A DNA stretch of 64,000 nucleotides from Malacoraja senta (lineage: Eukaryota), in contig CM075994.1 of assembly GCA_038087875.1 (NCBI GenBank), positions 1,490,001-1,554,000 on the forward strand, in the 5' to 3' direction. Below, one piece after another: positions 14,401 through 27,400 of the stretch. Positions within the stretch are counted from its first letter, which is position 1, and each line of letters begins with the position of its first letter. Made by a program: the position numbers and the translations under genes. The notes below the pieces were generated by a model. The model was not told the DNA's origin, did not search any database, and saw nothing but the letters and a program-made list of their open reading frames with translations.

Positions 14401-15908
14401 CGTAATTAGATTTGGGGCATCTTGAAATACACCAGTGACAAGGTTAGGATTATTCATGGATGGAAAAGCATATTTCGGCAGACACTCATTACGGACGGAT
14501 TCTCGTCACATGTAACGGAATTTATAGGATGAATATGCAGTTTATTTTCCCACGGTATGGGAATAAAAAAACCAGAAGACTTCGCTTTAAGGTGAGAGGT
14601 GAATGAGTTAAAAAGACCCTAAGGGGATTTTTTTCACTCAGAGGATCGAACGAGCTGCCAGAGGAAGTTGTTGAGGGAGGTACAATAAGAACATGTAAAA
14701 TACATTTGGACAGGTACATGCATAGGTAATTAATAGATGAACATAGGCCAAACGCAGGCGTGGGACTAGCTCATATGGAGTATCTTGGTTGGCATAGACG
14801 AGTGAGGCCGATGGGCTTGTTTCGTTGTCGTGTGACACCATAACTCCCTGACATTTGACCCGGAGCACATTTTGACTGCATTTTATCTAAAAAGCGTATT
14901 TGCTTGTGAAGTGACAGAAGTGTTATACCGCAAGGCGCGGTTCTGGAGAGTGGTTACAAAAGGTCCCCTTTCTTGGTGCTCCACATTCCACTCTGGTCAA
15001 TGACATAAGAATCACAATGCACAATATGCTACAGACCTGATTAGGTTATAACACAAAGTGAGATACGAGGACCGACACAAAATTTTGGAGTAATTCAGCA
15101 GGTCAGGCAGCATCTCTGGAGAAAAAGAATACGTGACGTTTTGGTCGAGACCCTTCTTCTGAGAGTCAGCGGTAGGGGAAGGGAGATGTATGGACGTTTG
15201 CAGAAAACAACGATAATCAAGGCCACAGGCTCCGAAAAACAGGACGTGCCTTTAGAAGCAAGGAGCGGAGGAATTCCTTTAGTCTGGGGGTGGTGAATCT
15301 GTGGAATTCATTGCCACCGTCGGCTGTGTAGGCCAAGACAATTACTATCGTTTTAAGGCGGAATTCGGGATGACGGGCCGAAAGCAGGAGAATTGGGTTG
15401 AATGGGATCGAGCTCTAAACAAGGGATATGGGGAGAAGGCAGAAATTGAATACTAATTGTGGATGATCAGCCAGGATCACATTGAATGGCGGTGCTGGCT
15501 AGAATGGCCGAAAGGCCTACTCCTGCATATAGTTTATATGTTTCTATGAGAGGGAAAGATAGATCCGCCATGATTCAATGGCGCAGTAGATTGAATGGAT
15601 AGAATGACCGGATACGGGTCCAAGAAAGTATGAACAGCATAGCGGACTATAGGTGAAGTGTAAAGCCAGTGAGAGGGATATAGGTGGGGTGAGAGAGGAG
15701 CGTAGTTGGTAAGAGGGGCGGGATAGTGGGCGAATTGAATGATAAATGGGTGGGCACGTGGTTGTAGCGGAGTACAAGAGAGAGGGGGGAAGGGGGGTAT
15801 TAGTTAAAAGTACAGTGATCAATGTTCATACGTTATCTGTTGGATCGTATGGCAAAGCGATATTTGGTCCAAAACTTATCCTTTTCGCAAAATCTGTCAG
15901 ATTAACTT

Positions 15909-16205
15909 CGGCGGCACGGTGGCGTAGCGGTAGGATTGCTGCTTTACAGTGCAAGAGACCCGGGTTCCATCGTGACTGCTCCGTCTGTACGGAGTTTGTA
16001 CTTTTCCTCTGTGATCGCATGGATTTTCTCCGGGTGTTCTGGTTTCCTCTCGGAACCCCAAAACGTGCAGGTCTGTAGATTAATTGGCTTCTGTAAATTG
16101 GCTCTAGTGTGTCGGATAGAACTACCGTGAACCGGTGATCGTTGGTCGGCGAGGACTCGGTGGGCCCAAGGTCCCGTTTCCAAGCTGTATCTCGAAACTA
16201 AACTT
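15909..16205 (+). mobile_element. V-SINE (HE1-like), ending ~55 nt upstream of the GPCR exon 2 acceptor
   Basis: GGCGGCACGGTGGCGTAGCGGTAG head, consensus body, AAACTAAAC tail. Confidence 0.85.
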
Positions 16206-16259
16206 CCTGCAAGACCAAAGACCGATAGCAAAGTAATTTTAATTTCGTCTTTTCTACAG

Positions 16260-17152
16260 CTAACATGGTGGCAATCCTCATTCTCTCCCGAGGAAAGTGC
16301 GGTCTCTCCAAATGTATCACCCGCTACCTGGTATCCATGGCCGTGGGTGACTTAATGGTTCTGATTTTCGAGGTAATTCTGTACGAGATTAAAGATGGCT
16401 ATTTCCCCAATTCATTTCTGAACTTAACTCCCGTTTGTAGCGTCAACTTGACCCTGCTTTTTATGTCCATTGATTGCTCTGTCTGGCTAACGGTAACTTT
16501 CACCTTCGATCGATTTGTTGCTATTTGTTGTCCAAAGTTACGAGGAAGATATTGCACTGAGAAAACGGCGACTTTGGTGATAGCAATTGTGTGTTCCCTG
16601 AGTGTTATTGAAAATATACCAATGTATTTTATCTACGCACCACGAGAAATCATTGACAACGTGGCTTGGTCCTGTGGCGTAACCCCAGACTTCTACACCT
16701 CGCCGTTATGGGTAGCATTTTCGTCGTTCAAAACTATTTTAACCCCATTTACACCATTTTTACTGATCATGCTCCTCAACGCCCTGACAATCAGACACAT
16801 TATAGGCGCCAACAGAGTGAGGAGCGGTCTCCGAGCGAACAAGAAGGACGAGAGCGGCGCAGATCAAGAGGTGGAGAATAGAAGAAAATCCATCATTCTA
16901 TTGCTGGCCGTATCCGGCAGTTTCGTCCTACTGTGGATGGTATTATCCGTGTGCTTCATTATCGTACACTTCCTAGACGTTCAGTTTTTAGCAACAGATT
17001 ACGACGACCCTTTTACCGTTGCAGAACAGTCCGGATACATGCTGAGGTGTCTGAGTGCTTGCACCAACACGTTTATTTACGCCGTGTCACAGACGAAATT
17101 CAGGGAAGAATTAAAAATCCTGGTTATGGGGTCCATGCGGGTTCTAGTCTAA
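16260..17152 (+). CDS. GPR139/GPR142-like GPCR, coding exon 2 (TM1-TM7; 320 aa with exon 1)
   Basis: Polypyrimidine tract plus CAG acceptor ending at 16259. Open frame with RYLVSMAVGDL (TM2), SVWLTVTFTFDRFVAICCP (TM3), RRKSIILL (TM6) and NTFIY (TM7), ending at TAA 17150-17152. These are hallmarks of the GPR139/142 group. Confidence 0.92.
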
Positions 17153-17377
17153 TTCAGTAAAGCACTTTCAAAGTCTCAGTGAAACCACAATTCATTTCAA
17201 AGTGATGTTGTATTCGGGTTATTTTATTACATCCTGTTTTCTCATCCTCCTCCCTTTTCACCAGCTCGTCAAGGTCTTACTGTAATTTCTGATCCCATCT
17301 GTAATGTGTGGGACAACACATCGTTTAACTTCATTGTGTTTAGGCATAAGGAGCTGATAGTTCAATCTTGTACAAGT

Positions 17378-17730
17378 TCAAGATCAAGTTCAAGTGAGTT
17401 TATTGTCATGTGTCCCTGGTAGGACAATGAAATTCTTGCTTTGCTTCAGCACAACAGAACATAGTAGGCATTGACTACAAAACAGATCAGTGTGTCCATA
17501 TACCATTATATAAATATATACACACAGGAATAAATAAACTGATCAAGTGCAAATAATAGATAATGGGTTATTAATGATCAGAGTTTTGTCCGAGCCAGGT
17601 TTAATGGCCTGATGGCTGTGGGGAAGTAGCTATTCCTGAACCTGGTCGTTGCAGTCTTCATGCTCCTTCTACCTGAAGGTAGCAGGGAGATGAGTGTGTG
17701 GCCAGGATGGTGTGGGTATTTGATGATACT
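17378..17730 (-). mobile_element. Rex1/Babar LINE 3' fragment
   Basis: Minus-strand HHPGHTLISLLPSGR..TTRFRNSYFPTAIR and (ACTTGA)n tail; same family as 33818-35253. Confidence 0.85.
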
Positions 17731-17976
17731 GCATTGATATTCAGCATTGTTGCCAATAATGTGTCCTCCTGACCTCTTCGACACTTAAAGCCGATTTTCT
17801 GGAAATTCGCTGTGTACTACCTTGTACAGGTAAGAGCCCTTCCCTCCAAAAATCTACGTCCCTCTTTTAGCCCATCTACACTAATCTCAGTTTCCCACTT
17901 TGGTAGTTCACACTATGAACCGGTGATTGGGTCGTGAAGTCATACAGCGGGAAACATGCCCTTCTTCCAACTGGTC

Positions 17977-18945
17977 TGTATATGATTACGTTACACAGCC
18001 TGGAGTTTAAAGTCATCTTTAATTGTAACACATAGTATAGCGATACAGCAGGTTGTTAGTTGCTAGTTCATCATCGCCGCTTCCAGGACCACCTAGTGTA
18101 GGAAGTGGGAGTTAATATACAGCATACATTCGGGTGGGGTTAGTGATGCTACTCTACAATGATTGGTTCACATGACACTTGAGGCGACCGGGAGAGGTAG
18201 TGTTGTTGTTAGACAGAGGCGCGGGTCGCGGCGGTGAACGGGACATGCTGGGACTAGTGATGGCAGCAGCAGCAGACGGCTTGAACATCAGAGGTGGAGC
18301 AAAGGGATCGGCTGGTGGGGACGGGGTTCCTTTACAAACAGCAAGTGTTGGCGGCTCCCTCTGTACAGGGCACCATCGACGTCGACAAGGTAGGAGCGGG
18401 GTTCCTTAGACGGGCCAACAACGAAACCTAGACGGGAATGTCCCACAGTAGTTTGCAAGCGGACGACTTGGCCCCGCAGTAGCGGTTTCAGCGGTTTGCT
18501 GGACTTGTCATATGATCGTTTCTGGGTGTTGTGTTTCTCCTGGATGCGCTTCTGGACCGCGGCTGGCTTCAGCACCTGTGGCACCAGCTTCTGCTGGGCA
18601 ATTCGTATCGGAGGTCGCGTTGTTCTAGACATCAGGCGTTAGGCTGGTGAGCCCAGGACTCCGTCTCTGGAGATGTTTCTGAGGTTTTGAAGGTCTAGAT
18701 AAACATCTGACTTGGTCAGGTGGGAGCGTTCCATCAGCTGTTTTGCGCTTCTGACGGCCCGTTCAGCGAGCCCGGTACTTTGAGGGTACTCGGGGCTGCT
18801 CGTGACATGGTGGAAGTTCCTTCGGTTGGCAAATTCTTTGAATGCGTGGCTGGTAAATTGTCTTCCGTTGTCAGTTTGCAGACGGACTGGGGCGCCGAAT
18901 GTGGAAAAGTGTCTCTGCAGCTTTTGAATGACCATTTCTGATGTG
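17977..18945 (-). mobile_element. Gypsy/Ty3 LTR retrotransposon remnant (integrase core/C-terminus plus probable 3' LTR at 17977-18177)
   Basis: FGAPVRLQTDNGRQFTS..HHVTSSPEYPQSTGLAERAV is an rve integrase core, followed by QKRSYDK..PRSYLV. A ~200-bp TG..CA-bounded segment has TATA-like and AATTAAA signals on the minus strand. Confidence 0.8.
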
Positions 18946-19308
18946 ATGTGAACGGGTTCTACGGCAGCTTTGAAAGATAGAAACACAACCCCGTTACCCC
19001 CGCCCCCCCCCCCCGCACCCCCCTCCACCACCAGTCCTCCTCATTCATACCTACTCACAGACTGACTCAAATCTGCAAAGACTGGACCCTTCCCCACCCA
19101 CTCCTCCCCATACACCACTTTACACCTACTTACAGCCTGACTCCAGTTTGCAAAGACAGGGCCCTCCTCCACTACGCACACCCTCATTGCTGCCCAACAT
19201 CAGTCTGGTAACTTCCCCATCGCTAACAATAGAAATTGAGGAGGTGGAAAAGCTTTTCAGGTGACAGAAAAGCCGGAAATCTCCTGGACCGGACAATGTT
19301 TCTCCCTC

Positions 19309-21267
19309 GGTACACAAAAATGCTGGAGAAACTCAGCGGGTGCAGCAGCATCTATGGAGCGAAGGAAATAGGTAACGTTTCGGGCCGAAACCCTTCTTCA
19401 GACTGATAGGGGGTGGGGAGAAGAAAGGAAAAAAGGAAAAAGGCGGAGGAGGAGCCCGAGGGCTGGGGGAGGGGAGGAGACAACCAGATGGCTGATGAAG
19501 GGGAGGGGACAGCAAGGGCTAGCAGAATTGGGAGAATTCAATGTTCAGGCCACCAGGATGTAGACTGCCCAAGCGGAATATGAGGTGCATTTCCTCCAAT
19601 TTACGATGTTGCTCGCTGTGGCCATGGAGGAGACCCAGGACAGAGAGGTCAGATACGGAATGGGAGGGGGAGTTGAAGTGCTGAGCCACCGGGAGTTCAG
19701 GTTGGTTATTGCGGACCGACCAGAGGTGTTCGGCGAAACGATCGCCAAGCCTCCGCTTGATCTCACCGATGTAGATCCGCTGGCATCTAGAGCAGCGAAT
19801 GCAATAGATGAGGTTGGAGGAGATGCAGGTGAACCTCTGTCGCACCTGGAACGACTGCTTGGGTCCTTGAATGGAGTGGAGGGGGGAGGTGAAGGGACAA
19901 GTGTTGCATCTCTTGCGGTTGCAAGGGAAAGTACCAGGGGAGGGGGTGGTATGGGAGGGAAGGGAAGAATTGACAAGGGAGTTACGGAGGGAGCGGTCTT
20001 TGCGGAAGGCAGACATGGGGGGAGATGGGAAGATGTGGCGAGTGGTGGGGTCACGTTGGAGGTGGCGAAACTGACGGAGGATCACTTGTTGTATGTGACG
20101 GCTGGTGGGGTGAAAGGTGAGGACTAGGGGGACTCTGCCTTTGTTGTGAGTGGGGGGATGGGGAGAGAGAGCAGTGTTGCGGGGTATGGCAGAGACCCTG
20201 GTGCGAGCCTCATCTATGGTGGAGGAGGGAAACCCCCGTTCCCTGAAGAATGAGGACATTTCAGATGCCCTGGTGTGGAACGCCTCATCCTGGGAGCAGA
20301 TGCGGCGTAGACGGAGGAATTGGGAGTGGGGGATGGAGTCCTTACAGGAAGCAGGGTGGGAAGAAGTGTAGTCCAGATAGCCATGGGAGTCGGTAGGTTT
20401 GTAGTGGATGTCGGTAAGGAGTCTATCACCTGCGATGGAGATAGTGAGGTCAAGGAATGGTAGGGAAGTGTCGGAAATGGTCCAGGTGTATTTGAGTGCC
20501 GGATGGAAGTTGGTGGTGAAGCGGATGAAGTCAGTCAGTTGTGTGTGGGTGCAGGATGTGCCACCAAAACAATCATCGATGTAGCGGAGGTAGAGGTCGG
20601 GGATGGGGCCCTGGTACGCATTGGACAAGGATTGTTCTACGTACCCGACAAAGAGGCAGGCGTAGCTGGGGCCCATGCGGGTGCCCATAGCTACGCATTG
20701 TATTTGGAGGAAATGGGAGGAGTCAAATGAAAAGTTATTAAGTGTAAGTACCAGCTCCGCTAGGCGGAGGAGGGTGTCAGTGGCCGGGTATAGATTGCTT
20801 CTCCGGTCGAGGAAAAAACGGAGGGCTTCGAGACCATCCTGGTGGGGGATGGAGGTGTACAGTGACTGGACGTCCATGGTGAAGATGAGGGGGTGAGGGC
20901 CTAGAGAGTGGAATGCGCGGAGATGACGGAGAGTGTCTGAGGTGTCTTGAACATAGGTAGGGAGGGATTTAACCAAGGGGGATAGGATGGAGTCGACGTA
21001 GGTGGAGATGAGTTCGGTGGGGCAAGAACAGGCAGAGACAATGGGTCTACCGGGACAGTCAGGTTTGTGGATTTTGGGGAGAAGGTAAAAGCGGGCTGTG
21101 CGGGGCTGGGGAACAATGAGGTTGGAGGCTCGTTCGGGCAGGGCGTGGGAGTGGATGAAGTCGGTGATGGTGCTGGAGATGGTGGCCTGGTGCTCGTCAG
21201 TGGGGTCATGGTCCAGGGGTAAGTAGGAGGAGGTGTCCGAGAGTTGGCGCGTGGCCTCAGCTTTGTA
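19309..21267 (-). mobile_element. Penelope-like retroelement, 5'-truncated (RT plus GIY-YIG endonuclease)
   Basis: The 485-aa ORF 19519-20976 has MDVQSLYTSIP, AMGTRMGP, RYIDDCF, PFLDL and SNLIYCIRC..YIGE..RFAEH (GIY-YIG). The 3' region carries a hammerhead-like motif at 19374-19401. Confidence 0.95.
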
Positions 21268-21871
21268 TCCTCAATCCTCAAGTTCTGTGCCGAACAATTG
21301 GCACCAGGCTTCACAAACATTTCCAATCAGTCCATGCAAACCTGTACTGTCCCTGCCTGCTTCAATGTTTCCACTATTGTTCCTGTACTCCAAAAGTCAA
21401 GGATTAATACCCTTAATGACTCCAGACCGGTTGCACTTACCTCTGTAGTCATGAAAACCCTCTAAAGACGTGCTGCCCCACCTGAAAAGTATCACAAACC
21501 ACCTGCTGGCCCCCCCAGCAGTTTGCATACAGGGCCAATCGATCAGTGGATGACGCAGTCCATCTGGGCCTGCACTTCATCCTCCAGCACCTAGACCGCC
21601 AGGGGACATATGCAAAGATTCCGCTTGTGGAGTTTAGGTTTGCATTCGCCACCATTTTGCCAGAGCTACTGCACTCAAACGTCTCCCAGCTGGCTGTGCC
21701 CGAACCCCTCTGTCAGTGGATCGCCAACTTCATGATATACAGGAACCAGCATGTGAGGCTGGGAAAGTACATCTCGGATCCGCTGACCTTCACCATAGGA
21801 GCACCTACCCTCTCCTTTAGTCTCTGTACACTAATGACTGGTACCATCGGGTGGCACTAATGACTGGTACC

Positions 21872-22565
21872 ATCCGGCAGCCTCGCCAGCAGCTGTCCGC
21901 CCTCTAGAGTTGTTTTTGTTTTTGGTATGTCTAAAAGTATGTTTTAGTGTGGTGGTGGTGAGGGGAATAGGGGGAAACTGTTTTTTTGCCACTTACCTTG
22001 ACGGAGATGTGACTTTTCTCCATGTCGCATCTTCGCCTCCCTCGCGGCCTAACAACTTGGACTGGTGCTGCCTGTACCGGAGTCGGGCCCAGAGCTTCAT
22101 CAGCGGACGTAGTGCGGACTTTCCATCGCGGAACGGGGAGATCCCTTGCCGGGGATCGCCGGAGAAGAGCTCTGACCGCCGGCCTGCGGCCTGAAACATT
22201 GTGTAGCTGCGGACTCCGGTAGAAAGCGGCCGATTCGGAACCTGCAAGCCGCGGTGTGTTCGTCCGTCCCGACGTCGGAGTTTCGAGCATTCCGACGAGA
22301 GGGCCTATACATCGGGCCGTCCGTAGCGGCGACTTCGGAGGGTTCATGGACCCGACCACGGGTGAACCAAGGAGGACTGGCTGAACGTTATTGCCTTCCA
22401 TCAAAGTGAAGAATGTTGATTCCACTGTGGTGGATGTTCATGTTATATTTTATTGTGTACTGTGTTCTTTTTTATTGTATGGCTGCATGGTAAACCAATT
22501 CCCACTGTACATTATTTCATGCATGCGGCACTAAATGTGGACTTGAACTTGAACTGGAACTTGAC
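21872..22565 (+). mobile_element. GC-rich non-coding interspersed element with LINE-like (ACTTGA)n tail
   Basis: Shares GGCAGCCTCGCCA, TACCT..GGAGATG, GCGGCCTAACA and TTGCCTTCCATCA..GTGA blocks with 42525-43258, and interrupts a Rex1 copy. Confidence 0.6.
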
Positions 22566-22699
22566 TGCACCTCCACAAACTCTTCTGTCAAGTTTCTCAA
22601 GTTTGTGGCCGACACAACGCTAATTGGACTGATCCAGGATGGGGAGAAATCTGCCTACGGACAGGAAGTGGCACAGCTGGCGGCACAGGAGTTCCGCCC

Positions 22700-23172
22700 T
22701 TTCTGTCCGACGTCCACACAGACCTTTCTGTCCTTGGGCTCCTCCGTTGTCAGAGTGAGGCTAATTGCAAATTGGAGGAACAGCATCTCATATTCCGCTT
22801 GGACAGCTTACAGCCCAGTGGTATGAATATTGATTTCTCTAACTTCAGGTAGCCCCGGCATTCCCTCTCCCTCCATCCCTGCCCCACCCAAGTCGCATCA
22901 GCTTCTCGTTTTCACCCAACAAACAGCCACCAGTGGCCAGTTTCCTTAATCATCGTTACTTTTTTGCATATCTTTCATTCATTGTTTTTCATCTCTCCAC
23001 ATCACCGTCTATATCTCTCTTTTCCCATATCCCTAACCAGTCTGAAGAAGGGTCTCGCCTCGAAATGTCACTGATTCCTTCTCTCCAGAGATGCTGCCTG
23101 TCCCGCTGAGTTACTCCAGCATTTTGTGTCTATCGTTGGTTTAAACCAGCATCTGCAGTTCCCTCTTACACA
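22700..23172 (+). mobile_element. Penelope-like 3' fragment
   Basis: KLEEQHLIFRL..LQPSGMNIDFS peptide, then a hammerhead-like motif at 23042-23069 and the conserved GATGCTGCC..GCTGAGTTACTCCAGC block. Confidence 0.8.
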
Positions 23173-23184
23173 AATATTCTGCTT

Positions 23185-25385
23185 CCAGTTCAGATTCAAC
23201 TTTATTGTCATTGTGCAGTGTACAGTACAGAGACAACGAAATGCAGTTAGCATCTCCCTAGAAGAGCGACATAAATATGAGCAGTAAATAAATAAATCTA
23301 ATCTAATAAATCCTGGTGGGAGGAGTGTTCGGGGGGGGGGTGTGATTGGCAGTCACCGAGGTACAGTGTTGAGTAGTGTAACCGCCGCAGGGAAGAAGCT
23401 GTTCCTGGACCTGCTGGTCCGGCAACGGAGAGACCTGTAGCGCCTCCCGGATGATAGGAGGGTAAACAGTCTGTGGTTGGGGTGAGAGCAGTCCTTGGCG
23501 ATGCTGAGCGCCCTTCGCAGACAACGCTTGCTTTGGACAGACTCAATGGTGGGGAGTGAGGAACCGGTGATGCGTTGGGCAATTTTCACCACCCTCTGCA
23601 GTGCTTTCCGGTCGGAGACAGAGCAGTTGCCATACCATACTGTGATGCAGTTGGTAAGGATGCTCTCGATGGTGCAGCGGTAGGAGTTCACCAGAATCCG
23701 AGGAGACAGATGGACCTTCTTTAGTCTCCTCAGGAAGAAGAGACGCTGGTGAGCCTTCTTGACCAGAGTTGAGGTATTGTTGGTCCAAGAGAGGTCATCG
23801 GAGATGTTGACCCCCAGGAACCTGAAGCTGGAAACACGTTCCACCTCCCTCCCGTTAATGTGGATGGGGGTGTGCATGCCGCCCCTAGACTTCCTGAATT
23901 CTACAATGAGCTCCTTGGTCTTCTTGGAGTTAAGGGCCAGGTTGTTGTCAGCGCACCATGCTGCTAGGAGCTGGACCTCCTCCCTATAGGACGACTCATC
24001 GTTGTTGCTGATGAGGCCAATCACCGTTGTATCATCTGCATACTTGATGATGGTGTTAGTACCATGTACAGGTGTGCAGTCGTAGGTGAAGAGGGAGTAG
24101 AGGAGGGGGCTCAGCACACAGCCCTGTGGAACGCCGGTGTTCAGGGTGAGGGTTGAAGAGGTGTGCTTGTCTAACCTAACAGACTGGGGTCTGTTGGTTA
24201 GAAAGTCCAGTATCCAGTTGCAGAGGGAGGGGTCGATGCCCAGGTCACCGAGTTTGGTGATCAGTTTAGAGGGTATGATGGTGTTGAATGCTGAGCTGTA
24301 ATCGATGAACAGCATTCTTACGTAAGTGTCTCTGTTGTCGAGGTGGGAGAGGGCGGAGTGAAGTGCCGTTGAGATGGCATCCTCCGTACTCCTGTTCTTG
24401 CGGTAGGCAAACTGATAGGGATCCAACGTGGGGGGTAGGCAGCCTTTGAGGTGTGCCAGGACCAGCCTCTCGAAGCACTTGGCGATGATGGGAGTAAGTG
24501 CAACTGGGCGGAAGTCGTTGAGGCTTGCCGCAGTGGAGTGTTTTGGCACCGGCACGATGGAGGTGGATTTAAGGCACGTGGGCACAACTGCTTGGGCAAG
24601 TGACAGGTTGAAGATGTCAGTCCAGACGTCTGCCAGCTGCGCAGCACAGGCCCTGAGGACGCGCCCGGGGATGCCGTCGGGGCCAGCAGCCTTACGTGCA
24701 TTAGTCCTACTCAGTGCCACGTACACGTCGAAGGGGGTGAGTGAGAGGGGCTGGTGATCGGCAGGGAGCACCGCCTTGATGGCCAACTGCCGATTGTCCC
24801 TATCGAAACGGCCATAGAAGTGGTTGAGCTCCTCAAGGAAGGAGGCGTTACTGGATGTGGGGGTGGTGTTGGTGGGTCTAAAGTCCGTGATGGCCTGGAT
24901 GCCTTGCCACATGCGTCGGGGGTCGGAGTTGTTGTTGAAGTGCTCCTCAATCCTGAGTTTATGGCAGTGCTTGGCCTTCTTTATGCCCTTCTTCAGGTTA
25001 GCCCTGGATGAACTATAGGCTCGGGCATCGCCTGACCTGAAAGCGGTGTCCCGTGCTTTCAGCAGTAGCCTGACCTCGCTGTTCATCCATGGCTTCTGAT
25101 TCGGGAATATGGTCGCCTGTTTGAGGGAGGTGACGCTGTTGATGGTGGAGTTTATAAAGTCCAGAACAGATGATGTATAGGAGTCAATGTCCGTGTGGGA
25201 GTCAAGGGTGGCCTGGGCTGCAAACGCCTTCCAGTCAGTGTTTCCAAAACACTGCTGAAGTGTGGAGTCCGCGTCCTCTGACCAGACTTTAACTGTCCTC
25301 ACAGTGGGTTTAACCCGTCTGATGAGTGGGGAGTACTTTGGGAGCAGGAACAATGAGAGGTGATCAGACTGTCCAAGGTGGGCAT
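23185..25385 (-). mobile_element. Rex1/Babar LINE, young, 5'-truncated, open ORF2
   Basis: Uninterrupted 682-aa ORF: SDH (end of the APE domain), [51 protein letters not shown]. Confidence 0.95.
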
Positions 25386-25821
25386 TCCAGTTCCAGGCCA
25401 AAAGAGATTAGAGAGAAACAAAAGTCTTCAGAAGAAAACAGTGCAGTATTTACAGAGTGCTCTGGTCCACTGAATGCAGAATAATGACCAAGGCTAATGT
25501 GTCTGGGCCTATTTGAGATGCATTTATCAACATTGAGAGTGTGTTATTTATCATACCTGGGCAACTGGTTCTTCCCTGCTTGTAGTACTGCTATCTAACC
25601 AAGTGATGGCGGTGTCGTGCAGTTTCAGAGTGTGGATCTGCAGTTGATCCTGACTGTGGGGACTGCAGATGCTGGAATCCCGAGCAAAGGTTAAACTGCT
25701 GGAAGAATTCTGTGGGTCAGGCAGCATCGGTGGAAGCAGAAGAATGGCCGATGTTTCGAGTTGAGACGCTGCGTTTCAATGCCACTCCTGGGTGCACCAG
25801 AACACGATCGGAACACTTGTT

Positions 25822-26505
25822 TAAGAAGGAACTGCAGATGCTGGAAAAATCGAAGGTAGACAAAAATACTGGAGAATCAGCAGGTGAGGCAGCATCTGTG
25901 GAGCGAAGGAAATAGGCGAGGTTTCGGGTCGAGACCCTTCTTCAGACTGATGTGGGGTGGGGGGTCGGGAAGAAGAAAGGAAGAGGCGGAGACATTGGGC
26001 TGTGGGAGAGCTGGGAAGGGGAGGGGGAAGAGGGAGAAAACAAGGACTACCTGAAATTGGAGAAGTCAATGTTCATACTGCTGGGGTGTAAACTACGTGG
26101 TTTACACCCCAGGGTCGAGACCCTTCTTCAGGGGAGAGGGAGATACATAGTTAAGGAAGTGTAAAGTGTGAAAACAGGACAAAGGAAATGGAGATGAAGA
26201 AAAATGTAGAATAGATCATTGTTTGCTGGGAGAAGGCAACAACAAAGCAAACAGAGATACAATATAGTCGGAGACAGTAAGACTGGTCAGAGAACTGCGA
26301 AGGGGGATGGATGGAGACTGAGGGCAAGTAAGGGTTCCTGTAAGTTTGAGAAGTCAATGTTCATGCCGCTGGGGTGTAAGGTGCCCAAGTGAAATATGAG
26401 GTGCTGATCCACCAATTAGCGCTGGGCCTCACTCTGACAGTGGAGGAGGCCCAGGACAGAAAGGTCAGCGTGGGAATGGAAAGGGGAGTTAAAGTCTTTT
26501 GCCAC
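25822..26505 (-). mobile_element. Tandem Penelope-like 3' fragments
   Basis: Two successive copies of the PLE 3' region, with hammerhead-like motifs at 25918-25945 and ~26111-26131 (partial). Confidence 0.75.
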
Positions 26506-26859
26506 CCTATGGAGTTCTTTTCCTCCATTAATATACTAAAGAATTTCTTCCATATTTAGTTAACTTATCTTTAAAAGGCTTGCGAAAACGTAACAATGTC
26601 CACATCCCATGGGAACTCCACCATTTTCATCTCACTGTTTGCAGTAAGTTTCCCAATCCCACCCAGCACCTCTCAAAGGCCTGGATTGGGAAAAAGGGAG
26701 GAGAATGGTATTAGGATGGTGAGATAGATCAGCCATGATTAAATGGTGGAGTTGACTTGATGGGCTGAATGGCCTAATTCTGCTCCCAGCATTTCTGACC
26801 TGATGACCACCCATTGCACCTGTACCTCTCACACAGGCCTCTCCCAATACAACAATAGT

Positions 26860-27400
26860 CCGTCACGATTCACGCTCTCCCACCGGAAGGTTGCTTCCCG
26901 ATGGTCTGTACCTGAGAACAGGCCTGGCTCACTGTCGCGGCAACGAGAACCATCCGGAGAGGTTCCCGCTGAGCGCGGCCTCCGAGGTAGTTCAACAGAG
27001 CGCGGCGGGAAGCAGTGCAGGGCCTCGACGGTGGAGAGGGCCACTGGAGGCCCCACAGCAGCCTGGGGCCTCGGCTGTATCCCAGCTGCAGGCCCGGCTC
27101 GCCGGGAGAGAGGAGGCCGGCAAGCCCGGCCCCTGCTCGCCCCGTGGATCGGGAACCGGAGAGGGGATGGAGGGAGATGGCGACGGCGGTGGACGCTGGA
27201 CAAAGGGCCCAGTGAGAGGAACCGCGGCGGGGGGGGGGTCTTTCTTGCTGTACACGCGATATGAGCTGCGGGAAGTGCACCCCCCCCCCCACACACTCCC
27301 GGGGAACGAGGGGTGAAGAGGGCCGGGCGGGGAGAGGGGTTCAGGCGGCGGTTGCAACGGGCTCTTTGTGGCCAGCTGCAGTTGGAACTGGGAAATGACG
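26860..27400. promoter_or_regulatory. CpG-island-like segment (possible promoter)
   Basis: Visibly GC- and CpG-rich, matches no repeat family I recognise, and contains a GGGCGGGG GC-box near 27325. Confidence 0.4.

Larger units (their letters stand above)
19100..22680 (+). mobile_element. Degraded Rex1/Babar LINE split by nested insertions
   Basis: ..KSPGPDNVSP (to ~19308) resumes after the Penelope insert as SILKFCAEQLAP..RPVALT (from ~21268). It continues DDAVHLGLH and, after another insert, KFVADTTLIGLI (~22600). Confidence 0.8.

Noticed and set aside
19545..20896. Alternative-frame and antisense ORFs over the Penelope element (likewise over Rex1 and CR1 copies)
   Set aside because: These are shadow ORFs of transposon coding sequence.
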